Position numbers and translations under genes: made by a program | Origin: Thermoplasmatota archaeon | Lineage (GTDB): Archaea > Thermoplasmatota > Penumbrarchaeia > Penumbrarchaeales > Penumbrarchaeaceae | Length of the DNA: 64,000 nt | Reading direction: 5' to 3' | NCBI GenBank assembly: GCA_965234725.1 | Contig: CBDDUX010000010.1 | Span: 1 to 64,000 of the forward strand | Shown here: positions 9,478-19,492 of the stretch, piece after piece | Numbering within the stretch: the stretch's first letter is position 1 | How the letters are laid out: each line of letters opens with the position of its first letter | The notes under the pieces: model-generated | What the model was told of the DNA's origin: nothing | The model's input: the letters and a program-made list of their open reading frames with translations, nothing else | Database searches by the model: none

Positions 9478-10083
9478 GTGTCCAATGAGGTTAGAGGTGT
9501 TGACCTGAGAAGCATAGTTGCATCAATGGTATTGTTGGTAATGGCCCTATCAATTGGTTCAGTGATCTTAATGGAGGTCGATGGGGAACCGACAGCAGTT
9601 ATCGATGAGGACAACATTACAGTTGACAAGGAGCAGCCGAAATATTCCGATAATCTGACGATCACAGCCCCTGTGGTCCTTGTGGATGCGGACCTGGTAA
9701 GTGTAAATCTGGAATGGAAATTGTGTACCGAAACCGCCTGCAACATACCTGTGAAAAATAACATGACGGACAATGGAGATAGTACTTATTCTGTCATGGT
9801 CGGGGGTCCATTCGAGGAAAAGGACAGCAATGGAGATCCTTACATCGACATCGGATTTACCATAGAGGTCACTTACACTGCAATAGGGGGAGGTGAGGAG
9901 AAGATGGTGGAGTCAGAAGAGATCACCGTCCTTTTCAATATAACAGCCCCATCCGATGATGATGATGCACCGGATGATGATGATACGGAGGAGAAAAAGG
10001 ATGATTCTCCCTTGGGTCTTGAGATCATCTTCGCTGGCATTATCATAGCTGTTGGAATATTTGCCCTAAGAAGGAAGAAATGA
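9478..10083 (+). CDS. Secreted protein with acidic linker and PGF-CTERM-like C-terminal anchor
   Basis: Signal-like N-terminus; DDDDAPDDDD linker; SPLG-TM-RRKK tail. Confidence 0.75.
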   Translation: MSNEVRGVDLRSIVASMVLLVMALSIGSVILMEVDGEPTAVIDEDNITVDKEQPKYSDNLTITAPVVLVDADLVSVNLEWKLCTETACNIPVKNNMTDNGDSTYSVMVGGPFEEKDSNGDPYIDIGFTIEVTYTAIGGGEEKMVESEEITVLFNITAPSDDDDAPDDDDTEEKKDDSPLGLEIIFAGIIIAVGIFALRRKK

Positions 10084-11079
10084 TCAGGGAGGAATGGTGC
10101 TCCATCCCTGTTCGAATAGTTCCAGTATATCCAATTTCAATCCATCGTTCTGGAAAAGGGGCATACCAACCTTGGTTCCAGGGACGGAATAGGTCATCCC
10201 ATTGGCTTCTCCATCCTCTTCCTTTCTGGTCATGATCATATCGATCACACGGTTTCCAACGGTATCGCCCTCGGATGCTGCCATCATTACCGGTCTGACA
10301 TCCCCGTAATCCTCGAAGACCTGCTCAACGTCCAATGAGTATACATCGAGCAGAGGTGAAACAATGACCGCAGACATCATCCTTTCCCTTGACATCTTGG
10401 CGATCTGGGAAAGAGCAAAGAGACCACCCCTGCCCACACCCACCATTGCTCCATCCGATCCAGCATCGGTGTTCTTCTTCCCATTATCGTCATCAGCATG
10501 AACCCACCTGTAGGCTCCCTGGATGTCAAGCTGGATCCCCATGAGGTCCTCATGGGACATCTCCGTCCAATCATAGGTGATATCGGGGGTCTTGACGTTC
10601 TTTGTGGAATCACCGTGACCCCGAAGGTCTATCGCCAGGACATTGTAGTCCTCCTTCTGGAGCTCCACGGCATAATCATCCCATACCCTCCTGTCAGCTC
10701 CGAGGTCATGGACCAGATAGATCGTGGGCCTGTCAGAGCTAAAGGCTTGGTAAAAGGTCCCATTGATCACTGCTCCGTCCCCTGAGGTATACCAAATGGT
10801 CTTCGGTCCTTCAGGTGTGGATTCAGCATCATGAAAGAAGGATAGAAATAACAACACTCCTGCCACCAAAATGAAAAAGACGAACATGGCAACGAAGATC
10901 CCGGCTACAGTTGACCGCGGCATTTCCTGGATCGATCTTTTTGGCCGGTCCACTCTTGTCTCCCTCATTCTTCTTCTGGGATCAAGGTCCGGATGCATCT
11001 TCCTGTAATGTCTGGACAAGTTCTTCTTCTCGATGGAAATACCACAATCCGGACATTCGACCTTGGGGCTTGCTGCCAT
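10084..11079 (-). CDS. C2H2 zinc finger-TM-alpha/beta hydrolase-fold protein (nucleophile Ser absent)
   Basis: CPDC..NLSRHYRKMH, TM helix, LVHDLG, VLAIDLRGHGDS, elbow reads GVGRGG. Confidence 0.75.
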   Translation of the reverse strand: MAASPKVECPDCGISIEKKNLSRHYRKMHPDLDPRRRMRETRVDRPKRSIQEMPRSTVAGIFVAMFVFFILVAGVLLFLSFFHDAESTPEGPKTIWYTSGDGAVINGTFYQAFSSDRPTIYLVHDLGADRRVWDDYAVELQKEDYNVLAIDLRGHGDSTKNVKTPDITYDWTEMSHEDLMGIQLDIQGAYRWVHADDDNGKKNTDAGSDGAMVGVGRGGLFALSQIAKMSRERMMSAVIVSPLLDVYSLDVEQVFEDYGDVRPVMMAASEGDTVGNRVIDMIMTRKEEDGEANGMTYSVPGTKVGMPLFQNDGLKLDILELFEQGWSTIPP

Positions 11080-11141
11080 GTTATCACACTCAGAGGTTTT
11101 TTGAACCTTATATCATTTTTGAGGGGGATTAGGAACGATAC

Positions 11142-12242
11142 CTATCCCTTGGATCGCAAAAGGATGGATATTACCGCCTCTTCGATATCCTTCCTGGATA
11201 GATCGGATATTTCCTTTTCATCCATGGCAAGAATTTGGTTCAAGGCTTTCGGGGAACCTCTGGTGGATGAATAGATCTCTATGGCCATTTCCTCCCCCAT
11301 CCCTCTCCCTCTACAAGATGATACAAAGAAATCCATGGAAAGACCCTGAACCGAGATAACTGGCCCCTCGATCTCCACATCCAATGAGGTGGTCATGATT
11401 AGGTCCAGGGACCTGAACTCCCTGGGCCAGTGGCCATTCCTGATGTCATTTACCTTCATACTTCCTTTGAGGACCGAATCCACATCCCTATCCGCTCCCC
11501 CCAGGAGAACGATAAGGTCCCATGGACCACCGTCAAGACAGGTCCCGTCGTCATCTCCTCTCTCCAGCCAGAGAGCTTTCCTTCCCCTGGACCTGGCCCA
11601 TAGTTCTATTAGGTCCTCCTTTCCGGAATCCTCGTTTCCAGCAAGGATGACCATCCCATCTGAGAGCAGGGTATCCATTCTCTCAAGGAGCTCCCTGTCA
11701 AAGGATAGACCTTTGAAGCTTTCCCTGAATGCGAGTGGCCTCCATCCCTCAGGGATGCAGGGCCCCTCACCCACCATCTCTCTAAGGGAAGCCGAGGTCC
11801 ACATTATATCGTTCCAGGAAAGGTCCTCCACAGGCAGGGATAGAAAAAGGGATGCAGGAAGCTTTGACATGGACAGCTCGATCAGATGAAGATTGATCTT
11901 TTCCAGGCAATCCAGGGCCTTCCCCGAGCGTCTCCTGCCGGTCTCATCGGTCCAGTAGACGGTCTCGTCGTTCACCCTATCAAGAGCTTCCCTCGAAGTA
12001 AGAAGTCCCTCTTCCGTAAGGGAATAAACCTTGACCCTTCTGGGTTTTCCAGGGACCCTGCCCATCTCCTCGAAGATGAGATCGTCCTCTAGCAGAGGCT
12101 TCAACACCCTTGGTATGTGGGTCCTCCCAATACCACACATGGAAGCAATCAGATCCTGATCTGAAACACCTCCCGTCCAACCGTCAGGGTCTCCTCTGGA
12201 AAGAAGATGTATAAGGACCCTGTCTCCGGAGGTGACAGGCAA
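11142..12242 (-). CDS. wHTH regulator with degenerate NTPase domain
   Basis: N-terminal wHTH (DQDLIASMCGIGRTHIPRVLK...RRVKVYSLTEEG); degenerate P-loop AGNEDSGKE; TRGSPKAL (GxP-like). Confidence 0.65.
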   Translation of the reverse strand: MPVTSGDRVLIHLLSRGDPDGWTGGVSDQDLIASMCGIGRTHIPRVLKPLLEDDLIFEEMGRVPGKPRRVKVYSLTEEGLLTSREALDRVNDETVYWTDETGRRRSGKALDCLEKINLHLIELSMSKLPASLFLSLPVEDLSWNDIMWTSASLREMVGEGPCIPEGWRPLAFRESFKGLSFDRELLERMDTLLSDGMVILAGNEDSGKEDLIELWARSRGRKALWLERGDDDGTCLDGGPWDLIVLLGGADRDVDSVLKGSMKVNDIRNGHWPREFRSLDLIMTTSLDVEIEGPVISVQGLSMDFFVSSCRGRGMGEEMAIEIYSSTRGSPKALNQILAMDEKEISDLSRKDIEEAVISILLRSKG

Positions 12243-12248
12243 CCTCCA

Positions 12249-13877
12249 TCATCCCCCCTGGGACCTCTTGTAATCTCTGGCAGCTTCTACCAGACCCAGG
12301 AACAAAGGAGCGGGTTTCTCCGGCCGTGAAAGGAATTCGGGATGGAACTGGCATCCGATATGATATCTGGACCCTGGAAGTTCTCCTATCTCCATCTTGA
12401 TGCCATCTTCCGAGATCCCTGAAAACAGGATACCTGCCTTCTGGATCCTTTCTATCCATTCAGGATTGATCTCGAACCTGTGTCTATGCCTCTCCCAAAT
12501 CTCGGTATTACCATAGAGATCATGGGCAAGGGTCCCATCCTTGATGATGCACTTCTGGGCTCCCAACCTCATGGTAGCCCCCATCTGAGTGACACGCAGC
12601 TGTTCAGGAAGTATGTCAACCACGGGATGAGGAGTATCCTCGTCGAACTCAGTGGAGTTCGCACCATCGAATCCCATGACATTCCTTGTGAACTCTGCAA
12701 TGGCCAGCTGGAGTCCGAGACAGATACCAAGGAAAGGAACATCGTTCTCCCTGGCATACCTGATAGCTTCGATCTTCCCCTCCGTTCCCCTTACCCCGAA
12801 TCCTCCAGGGACCAAAATGCCATGAACGCTGGAAAGAGTATCTCTCAGTTCTTTAAGCTCCTTTTCGAAGCCAGGACCTCTTTCAGGTGCATCGATCCAT
12901 ACGATCTCCACATTGACATTTGCCCTTGCTCCAGAATGTTCGAACGCTTTGAAATGTGAGATGTAGGAATCCCTTAGACCAGTATATTTTCCCACAAGGG
13001 CGATCCTTATGGTCTCAACAGGGCTCTCCACCCTGTCCACGAATTCGGTCCAGGCCTTCAGGTCTGTAACATTCATTTGAAGTTTGAGCCTCTCCCTCAC
13101 ATAATCAGTGAGCCCTTGCCGGTGAAGGAGGAGTGGGACCTTGTAAATTGGAGAGACGTCATGGGCAGTGAACACTGCCTTTACCGGAACGTTGCAGAAC
13201 AGAGAGATCTTCTCCTTGGTGCTCTGCTGCAGAGGATCCGAACATCTTCCCAGAATTATATCCGGTTGGATACCTATCGATCTCAGCTCCTTGACCGAAT
13301 GTTGAGTGGGTTTTGTCTTCTGCTCACCAACCACCCCCATTATCGGTATAAGGGTCGTATGAATGAAGATCACATCCTTTCCACCCAGTTCCATATGGAG
13401 CTGTCTGGCAGCTTCAAGGAAAGGCATGGATTCCATATCACCGACCGTACCCCCAAGTTCTATTAGACACACATCAACGGCGGACCTCTTTGCAACATTC
13501 GTTATGGTATTCTTGATCTCCTGGACGATGTGAGGTATGATCTGGACGGTCTTTCCAAGATAATCGCCCCTCCTCTCCTTTTCGATGACTGATCGATATA
13601 TCTTGCCCGTAGTGATATTGTGGTCAGAGGAAAGAGTGATATCCAGGAACCTTTCGTAATTCCCCAGGTCCAGGTCCACTTCACCACCATCGTGGAGAAC
13701 GAAGACCTCCCCATGTTCGTACGGGTTCATGGTGCCCGCATCACAGTTCAGATAAGGATCCACTTTGATCGAGGTGACCTTCAGACCTGACCTCTTAAGT
13801 AGAAGACCTAGTGATGATGCTGCTATACCCTTTCCAAGACCGGAAAGGACCCCTCCGGAAACGAAGATGTACTTCAT
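12249..13877 (-). CDS. pyrG: CTP synthase
   Basis: [50 protein letters not shown]. Confidence 0.97.
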   Translation of the reverse strand: MKYIFVSGGVLSGLGKGIAASSLGLLLKRSGLKVTSIKVDPYLNCDAGTMNPYEHGEVFVLHDGGEVDLDLGNYERFLDITLSSDHNITTGKIYRSVIEKERRGDYLGKTVQIIPHIVQEIKNTITNVAKRSAVDVCLIELGGTVGDMESMPFLEAARQLHMELGGKDVIFIHTTLIPIMGVVGEQKTKPTQHSVKELRSIGIQPDIILGRCSDPLQQSTKEKISLFCNVPVKAVFTAHDVSPIYKVPLLLHRQGLTDYVRERLKLQMNVTDLKAWTEFVDRVESPVETIRIALVGKYTGLRDSYISHFKAFEHSGARANVNVEIVWIDAPERGPGFEKELKELRDTLSSVHGILVPGGFGVRGTEGKIEAIRYARENDVPFLGICLGLQLAIAEFTRNVMGFDGANSTEFDEDTPHPVVDILPEQLRVTQMGATMRLGAQKCIIKDGTLAHDLYGNTEIWERHRHRFEINPEWIERIQKAGILFSGISEDGIKMEIGELPGSRYHIGCQFHPEFLSRPEKPAPLFLGLVEAARDYKRSQGG

Positions 13878-13939
13878 CTTACCCACTTTCAACCGTATGT
13901 TCAACAGGTCAATAAAGGTGTCTGTAAGCTACCTATTCC

Positions 13940-15289
13940 TCAGCCTTCAATGAGAGGTTCCGAAAGGGATGATGAATTGCCTGATCCGACCTGCAAGTAT
14001 CTTCCCAGGTAGGCATCCACCATCCATTTCACATTGCCATTCTCATCTTTCTTCAACCAGAAGGGGATGACAACCCTCCTGGACCATCTGATATTGAACG
14101 ATGTCGGATCGAAAAGATAGCGGACCTCTTGATAGATGGTGGACATAAGCGTCTCCCTAACCATTCTGTCCTCTGCATGTCTCTCCCTAGTCAGCCGGTC
14201 CTTGAGAGCTCTGATGTATCCCACATTCTCCTCACTTGCTTTATCCATGACCTTAGCAGGGCCCTTTCCGTCCCAAACGGAGAGTGTGGACCTCAGCTCC
14301 TCTGCAAGTGCATTGGGAATGTCGATCAGTCCGGACTTGATCGGATCGAAAAGATATTCACCCGCCCGGGAAACTGTTGCACCGTCATCTGACTTCAGGG
14401 AATAGGAAACGCTTACCAGAAGATTTGGCACATGTTCCAGATCGAGCTCCGTATCATTTGGAACACCTGCCTTTGCACACGCTTCCTCCCGGTTGCATCT
14501 GGTAGGGGCCAATGTCGCCCCTACCCATGGTCTCTTTTCCGGTGGAGTCTCCTCTATGGTTTCCATAAGGGGAAGGTCCGGGATGAGCTGGATCCCTTCC
14601 TCTTCCTTCTCCTGAGAACCGCCCTCCTTCTTCTTCCAATCATCGAACCCGGACCATGCGTTGAGGAGTACATCCTCAGATACCATCGAGGCTTGGGAAC
14701 CCTTTCCGTCGGTTGGTTTTACGGACCCATCCGGAAACTCGACCTTCCTCACCTGTATCGAGAGCGCCTCCTCCGTGACCCTGGCACCTGGTTCCGTTAC
14801 AGGTCGAACAGAGGGCTCTTCTCCTTTGGTAGTCTCCGGGCCGATCTCGGAAGGCCCGAGAAGAGGGTCCTTCTCCTCGTTAAGGAACTGGTCCAGTACC
14901 ATAAGAGGATCGAATGCCTCATCTCCGGGAGATCCCTTATTCTCCAACTTTTCTTCTTTTTTCTCAGAGACAAGGTACTGTTCGCCAATGGCTATCGCAA
15001 GGGCCATTCGGTCCCACGTTGCGCAACCTGCATCATCAAGGACCTTCCTGGACTTTCTCAGTAGTTTATCAGGTGAGATGAAAAGCATTGAATCTGCAGA
15101 GGCGTTCTCTGCCATGGAGATGAACATCTCCGCCTCTCCCTCCGAGGTCTTATGACCGGGATCCCCGTAACCAACTGCCATAGTGGAGGAGCCTCGTTGA
15201 AGCAGAAGATAACTGTTCTCAGGGGAGGAGACCAATATCTCATAGCCTCTGGCAAGGAAGATCTCTTTCAGGATAGGAAGGAGCTGCAT
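13940..15289 (-). CDS. Hypothetical protein, N-terminal degenerate restriction-endonuclease-like (Mrr-type) fold and acidic linker
   Basis: EIF.ARGYE..., ADSMLFIS, ..TWDR..L pattern; catalytic (E/Q)xK not evident. Confidence 0.55.
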   Translation of the reverse strand: MQLLPILKEIFLARGYEILVSSPENSYLLLQRGSSTMAVGYGDPGHKTSEGEAEMFISMAENASADSMLFISPDKLLRKSRKVLDDAGCATWDRMALAIAIGEQYLVSEKKEEKLENKGSPGDEAFDPLMVLDQFLNEEKDPLLGPSEIGPETTKGEEPSVRPVTEPGARVTEEALSIQVRKVEFPDGSVKPTDGKGSQASMVSEDVLLNAWSGFDDWKKKEGGSQEKEEEGIQLIPDLPLMETIEETPPEKRPWVGATLAPTRCNREEACAKAGVPNDTELDLEHVPNLLVSVSYSLKSDDGATVSRAGEYLFDPIKSGLIDIPNALAEELRSTLSVWDGKGPAKVMDKASEENVGYIRALKDRLTRERHAEDRMVRETLMSTIYQEVRYLFDPTSFNIRWSRRVVIPFWLKKDENGNVKWMVDAYLGRYLQVGSGNSSSLSEPLIEG

Positions 15290-15359
15290 TGATCTTTCAC
15301 CCTCCCCGGTGGATGGAACGATATCGTATTAAACATGTCGAATGACACATGGGGATCGA

Positions 15360-16865
15360 TCAGAGGTCATCAAGGGCCGAGGCAAGGTCCGACTCGCTCC
15401 TTGAGGGTTCCTTCTTCCCTTTTCGAGAGAAAAGACCTACGGATATTCTCTTAGGTTCTTCCTTCTTTGGAGCCTCGATATTGATATCGAAATCGTCATC
15501 AGGAGGGGACCGGGTCTTCAAATTGGGTTTCTTTATGACCACCGGTTCCCCGAATTCAATATCGAAATCATCATTTTTAGGTTTCAGGTCGAGGACCGGT
15601 GCCCTCCTCTTTGTGATCTGAGTAGCTGCAGCTTTTTCTGCCAGGGCCTTCCTGCTCTTTTCCTCAAGACGTCGATCCCGTTCAGCCATCTTCAGCTTCC
15701 TTTTATTGTCCCTGGATTCCTTCAGGAGCCTCCTCCTCTCCGGATTCCTCACTAAATGGAAGAGTGTGACGAAACCAGGGTCCACACCTTTGGGTAGCTT
15801 CCTCTTCCTCATCACCAGCGGATTCACACCCAAATTGAATAGGACCAGTGCCATTATCAACCAGAATACTATGGCCCAGGCCCACGGAACATACGTAAAA
15901 TCAAGGCCGAAGATATAGACCATGAAGGTCATTTCATAGGAGATGGGTTCCCGGTCTTCATCCAAGGAGATATATGTGTCGTAATAAGAAATGGCCTTTA
16001 CACTGAAATCTGCCGTATCCATATGCCACCTGATGGTGCTTCTGGGAGCCGTGACCTTGATGGTAGCCTTTGCCTCGGACCTCGGAGGAATGTCAAGGGT
16101 CGTCTGGTTCAACTGGAAGATCCACCCCTCTTTGGCATAGGTCATCTCGTTGGGTATCGAGAGGTCCACACGTTCGTTCCCATTCCCCGTATTGAGGACT
16201 ATCACCTCAATCTCACCCGATCCACCTGGACTCAGGTCAACCATTGGAGGATCGAATGCCATTTGCAGGTAGTGATAGGGGTTGACATGAACATAGAGAT
16301 ATGTGGGTTCAATGATCCCACTCTCCCAAGTACCTCCCTGCCCTGCATTCCATTGTGCGCTCCATTCTCCCCAGATGGTAACCTTTACCATTGGACTGAT
16401 GCCTGTGGAATAATTAAGCATGGGGGTTGCAAGTCTGATATTTGCGATTATTGGCACCTGGGCGAGTTTTGTTCCGGGAGCTATTGTTGCCACCATTGGA
16501 GTTACCGATCCGAGGACAATGGTCGTATCTTCGGATTCAAACCACATACGGACATCAACCCGATCCCTCAGTACCTTCGAGGTCCTATAGACGGAAACCA
16601 TACCTGTGACCTGTCCGGAAAACCTTGACTCACCTGGTCCCGTATATAGTTCAATAACATTCCCCTTCTGATCGGATCCGGTATCATCCATTACGATGTA
16701 ACCTTCGATACTCCTGATACCTTCGGCTTCTTTAAAAAGAGAAAGGTCCTGGGATAAGTTCTGAAGAATAAGGGCACAAAGCACGACGACCGAAGCGGCC
16801 GCGACCATCAATCTTGCCCTTGAGGTCCATTTCAGAACTTTTGATAAGACCATGGAATGGTTCAC
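15360..16865 (-). CDS. Membrane-anchored Ig-like surface protein (resembles choice-of-anchor T/NEW3-type proteins) with charged cytoplasmic tail
   Basis: Signal-like N-terminus, V.V.NTGNG.E.V.L...GW Ig motif, TM helix, basic/acidic tail. Confidence 0.6.
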   Translation of the reverse strand: MNHSMVLSKVLKWTSRARLMVAAASVVVLCALILQNLSQDLSLFKEAEGIRSIEGYIVMDDTGSDQKGNVIELYTGPGESRFSGQVTGMVSVYRTSKVLRDRVDVRMWFESEDTTIVLGSVTPMVATIAPGTKLAQVPIIANIRLATPMLNYSTGISPMVKVTIWGEWSAQWNAGQGGTWESGIIEPTYLYVHVNPYHYLQMAFDPPMVDLSPGGSGEIEVIVLNTGNGNERVDLSIPNEMTYAKEGWIFQLNQTTLDIPPRSEAKATIKVTAPRSTIRWHMDTADFSVKAISYYDTYISLDEDREPISYEMTFMVYIFGLDFTYVPWAWAIVFWLIMALVLFNLGVNPLVMRKRKLPKGVDPGFVTLFHLVRNPERRRLLKESRDNKRKLKMAERDRRLEEKSRKALAEKAAATQITKRRAPVLDLKPKNDDFDIEFGEPVVIKKPNLKTRSPPDDDFDINIEAPKKEEPKRISVGLFSRKGKKEPSRSESDLASALDDL

Positions 16866-17152
16866 CTGTCCTGAGGTGTATCCACCTGTTCTATGATCTC
16901 TTCACCAGCATAAACGGCATCCACTGAATGAACAGAACCTGCCATCTCCTCGATACTTTTTCGGATCAATCTGTAATCCAGGTTGAATCCTTCTATGATC
17001 ACCTTGATATTCTCTGTCTCCTGGTCGACTTCATTAAGGAAAATGGATACACCGGAAACACGCTTGATCTCTGAGAGCTTTTCTGAATATTCAATGATAT
17101 CCGGTTTATGGGGTTTGAGAACATCGAGGACAATCTTTCTGATATTTGACAA
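16862..17152 (-). CDS. DUF211 family protein
   Basis: IRKIVLDVLKPH.P, EVDQETEN.K..IEG, GSVHSVD.V.AG. Confidence 0.88.
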   Translation of the reverse strand: MSNIRKIVLDVLKPHKPDIIEYSEKLSEIKRVSGVSIFLNEVDQETENIKVIIEGFNLDYRLIRKSIEEMAGSVHSVDAVYAGEEIIEQVDTPQDR

Positions 17153-17261
17153 CCTTTTGCCTCCAATTCCGAAACTTATTTTATAAGGTGAAATGGTATC
17201 GGAAGTGCCATATAAATATGTTGGGTAATTTCCATCTAAAGGTATCTGGCTAAGGATTTAT

Positions 17262-17672
17262 TTGCCTCATGGAGGGCATAGATTGGCTGTATCAAGTGAA
17301 CCATCCTTCATCAAGGGACTAATAATATCATACCTGATCCTGTTGATCTCAATCCCAGTGGTCCTGCTTCCCCTGATAGGCCCAATCCTTGCAATGACAA
17401 TGATCCCATATCTTTCAGGAGCTCTTGGGGCAAGATTCGCACACCCCAAGGAGAGAGTTCCTCTTGCTCTCACATGTTCTCTCACCTGGGCGGTTCTGGA
17501 GACCGCTGTCCTGTTGATCGGATTGACAGTTATCACAAGATTTACACCCACTGGCCTGGTCCTTGATGCTATGGGTCTTTGGATAATAGCAATGATCTGG
17601 CTCCTGAACATAGTATTCATGCTTCTGGGAGCATTCCATCCCTGGAGGGATCCTTTTACAGACCTCAGGTAG
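17262..17672 (+). CDS. Hypothetical four-TM membrane protein
   Basis: Almost entirely hydrophobic; LPLIGPIL motif. Confidence 0.65.
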   Translation: MPHGGHRLAVSSEPSFIKGLIISYLILLISIPVVLLPLIGPILAMTMIPYLSGALGARFAHPKERVPLALTCSLTWAVLETAVLLIGLTVITRFTPTGLVLDAMGLWIIAMIWLLNIVFMLLGAFHPWRDPFTDLR

Positions 17673-17678
17673 AGGTGC

Positions 17679-18701
17679 CTATTGCGGTGGTTGGTAGTTG
17701 GGCTGCCCCTGAGGAGGGGGGATATCGGCCGGAGTGGATTGCGGAACCGGTTGTGTCATAGGTGGACTCTTCACCGGTTGTTGAGGTACCATATCCACCT
17801 GTTGAGCCACCGGTGGAGTGGTTTCCAATACAGGTTGGGGTTGATCCATCTGCAAGGTGACGGACCCATCCTGCCACTGCCTCTGCCTCTCCTTCTCCTC
17901 CATCTGCTTCTTTGCTGCCTGTCTGAGCATCAACTGCTGCTGGCGAAGCTCCTTGTCATCCTGCATGAGCCTTTCCATCGATCTGTCCGCCTTTCCAACG
18001 ATCCCCATCAGGAATACCAGCAGGCCCCCGATCAATATTGTCAGGCCGGGCATCAGCCAGATCCATCCGGAAAGGTATCCTTTTCCACCCCAGGATGCAT
18101 ATCCGGGTGAAACGGCCCTCTCCTCTCCGAAATCATTGGCCTTCGATTCGACCTTGATCAGGACCTTGTCCCCCTTTGAGCCCAGGTCCTTGTCCGAATA
18201 CACCCATACATCCGATTCGTAATTGACGCTTCCTTCCCTCAAGGCCAGGACCCTGTTGTCGCTTCCATCTCCATCTATCTCGTATGCTGTGTACTCCTGA
18301 TATCCGTGGTTGATCCCCTGGTCCCAGTTCGTATCCTCGTAAGCTGTGACCCTGGTTATCTCTCCGAAGACCATCTGTTCTCCCCCGGATACCTTGTACG
18401 AAAAGGCCCCGCTTTCATATTCAGCCTCGATGCTGTTGGGAGAGTAGACAAGGAACATCATTGAAAGGAACATGACAAGCATCAGGACGAATCCCACGAT
18501 CCCGATTATTCCTCCGATGAAGATCAAAGTGGGGTTCCTTATCCTTTCTACCTTCATCTTTGCCATCTTTTCCTGGATGTCCTCTTCTGTGATCTCCTTT
18601 ACTTCCTCACCGGGAATGAATGTAAGGGGAGCTCCGCAAAAGGAACATTTCCTTACATCTCCGTAGTTATTCCTACCGCATTTCGGACATCTGCTGGTCA
18701 A
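17679..18701 (-). CDS. Zinc-ribbon membrane protein with Pro/Gln-rich tail
   Basis: CPKCGRNN....KCSFCGAPL, two TM helices, P/Q-rich C-terminus. Confidence 0.75.
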   Translation of the reverse strand: MTSRCPKCGRNNYGDVRKCSFCGAPLTFIPGEEVKEITEEDIQEKMAKMKVERIRNPTLIFIGGIIGIVGFVLMLVMFLSMMFLVYSPNSIEAEYESGAFSYKVSGGEQMVFGEITRVTAYEDTNWDQGINHGYQEYTAYEIDGDGSDNRVLALREGSVNYESDVWVYSDKDLGSKGDKVLIKVESKANDFGEERAVSPGYASWGGKGYLSGWIWLMPGLTILIGGLLVFLMGIVGKADRSMERLMQDDKELRQQQLMLRQAAKKQMEEKERQRQWQDGSVTLQMDQPQPVLETTPPVAQQVDMVPQQPVKSPPMTQPVPQSTPADIPPPQGQPNYQPPQ

Positions 18702-18777
18702 GCCTTCACCCGGTGGTCAACATCTTTGCCCTAAAATATATTTTTGGTCCAGGCGATGGGGGGTATGGATACAGGAG

Positions 18778-18975
18778 ATGGAAGGATTGACCGAAATAGA
18801 AGACATCATGGAAAGGGTCGGGCCTTACCTCTCAAACATGGATGAGGCGAGGAAACTGATCATTGAAGCAATGGAGAGTGTTGATCCCCTCAAATATCTA
18901 GAACAAAAGCTCCGCTCATCGGAAGGTCTGTTGAGGGGGGATATAAGGATAATTCTCAACTGTTTCAGAAAATGA
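18778..18975 (+). CDS. Small hypothetical protein
   Basis: ATG preceded by GGGGGT; helical amphipathic sequence; abuts the convergent gene. Confidence 0.55.
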   Translation: MEGLTEIEDIMERVGPYLSNMDEARKLIIEAMESVDPLKYLEQKLRSSEGLLRGDIRIILNCFRK

Positions 18976-19242
18976 TCAGGACTGCTTTATACTCTCCAAG
19001 ATGGAGGTTGCATTCCATATTAGTGTCCTAGCATGGAGGGGGATATTAGGGTCGTTGGAGAGTTCCTCCAGGACAGAAACTACGCTGGCACATCTGAGGT
19101 CCAATGCTTCCCTCTGATCGAAAAGTCTCTCCTTTGAATCCTTTGCACCCTTCCTTATGTTCCTGGGTACCGAAGTATCCTCGGAGAGCATATCGAGGTA
19201 GGCAGATACCTGCTCCAGCTTCTTGTTGTTCTCATTGATCAT
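18976..19242 (-). CDS. UPF0147 family protein
   Basis: EDTSVPRNIRK.A, LEELSNDPNIPLHARTLIW. Confidence 0.92.
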   Translation of the reverse strand: MINENNKKLEQVSAYLDMLSEDTSVPRNIRKGAKDSKERLFDQREALDLRCASVVSVLEELSNDPNIPLHARTLIWNATSILESIKQS

Positions 19243-19444
19243 GATGTTCCCTCCATTAGGGATCAGGGTCCGGTAGGAGTGATTGATGTCCCGTATTTAA
19301 GGATTTTGATATCTATCACGTAGTTCCAGCCGGTATCTTGGGATAATTACCAACAGTGATCCATGTATCCATACCAAATTGTCCAATTTTGATCTGAAAA
19401 ATGATCGGATCTTACCTACTGATCGGATGTTTTAAAAATTAGAT

Positions 19445-19469
19445 ATGGGAGGGGTCGAGCCCCTCCCAT
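19445..19469 (-). terminator. Hairpin terminator after the giant surface-protein gene
   Basis: ATGGGAGGGG-tcgag-CCCCTCCCAT perfect 10-bp stem; T-run follows on the minus strand. Confidence 0.65.
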
Positions 19470-19492
19470 TAGTTGTCTGCATAAGATCCGTT

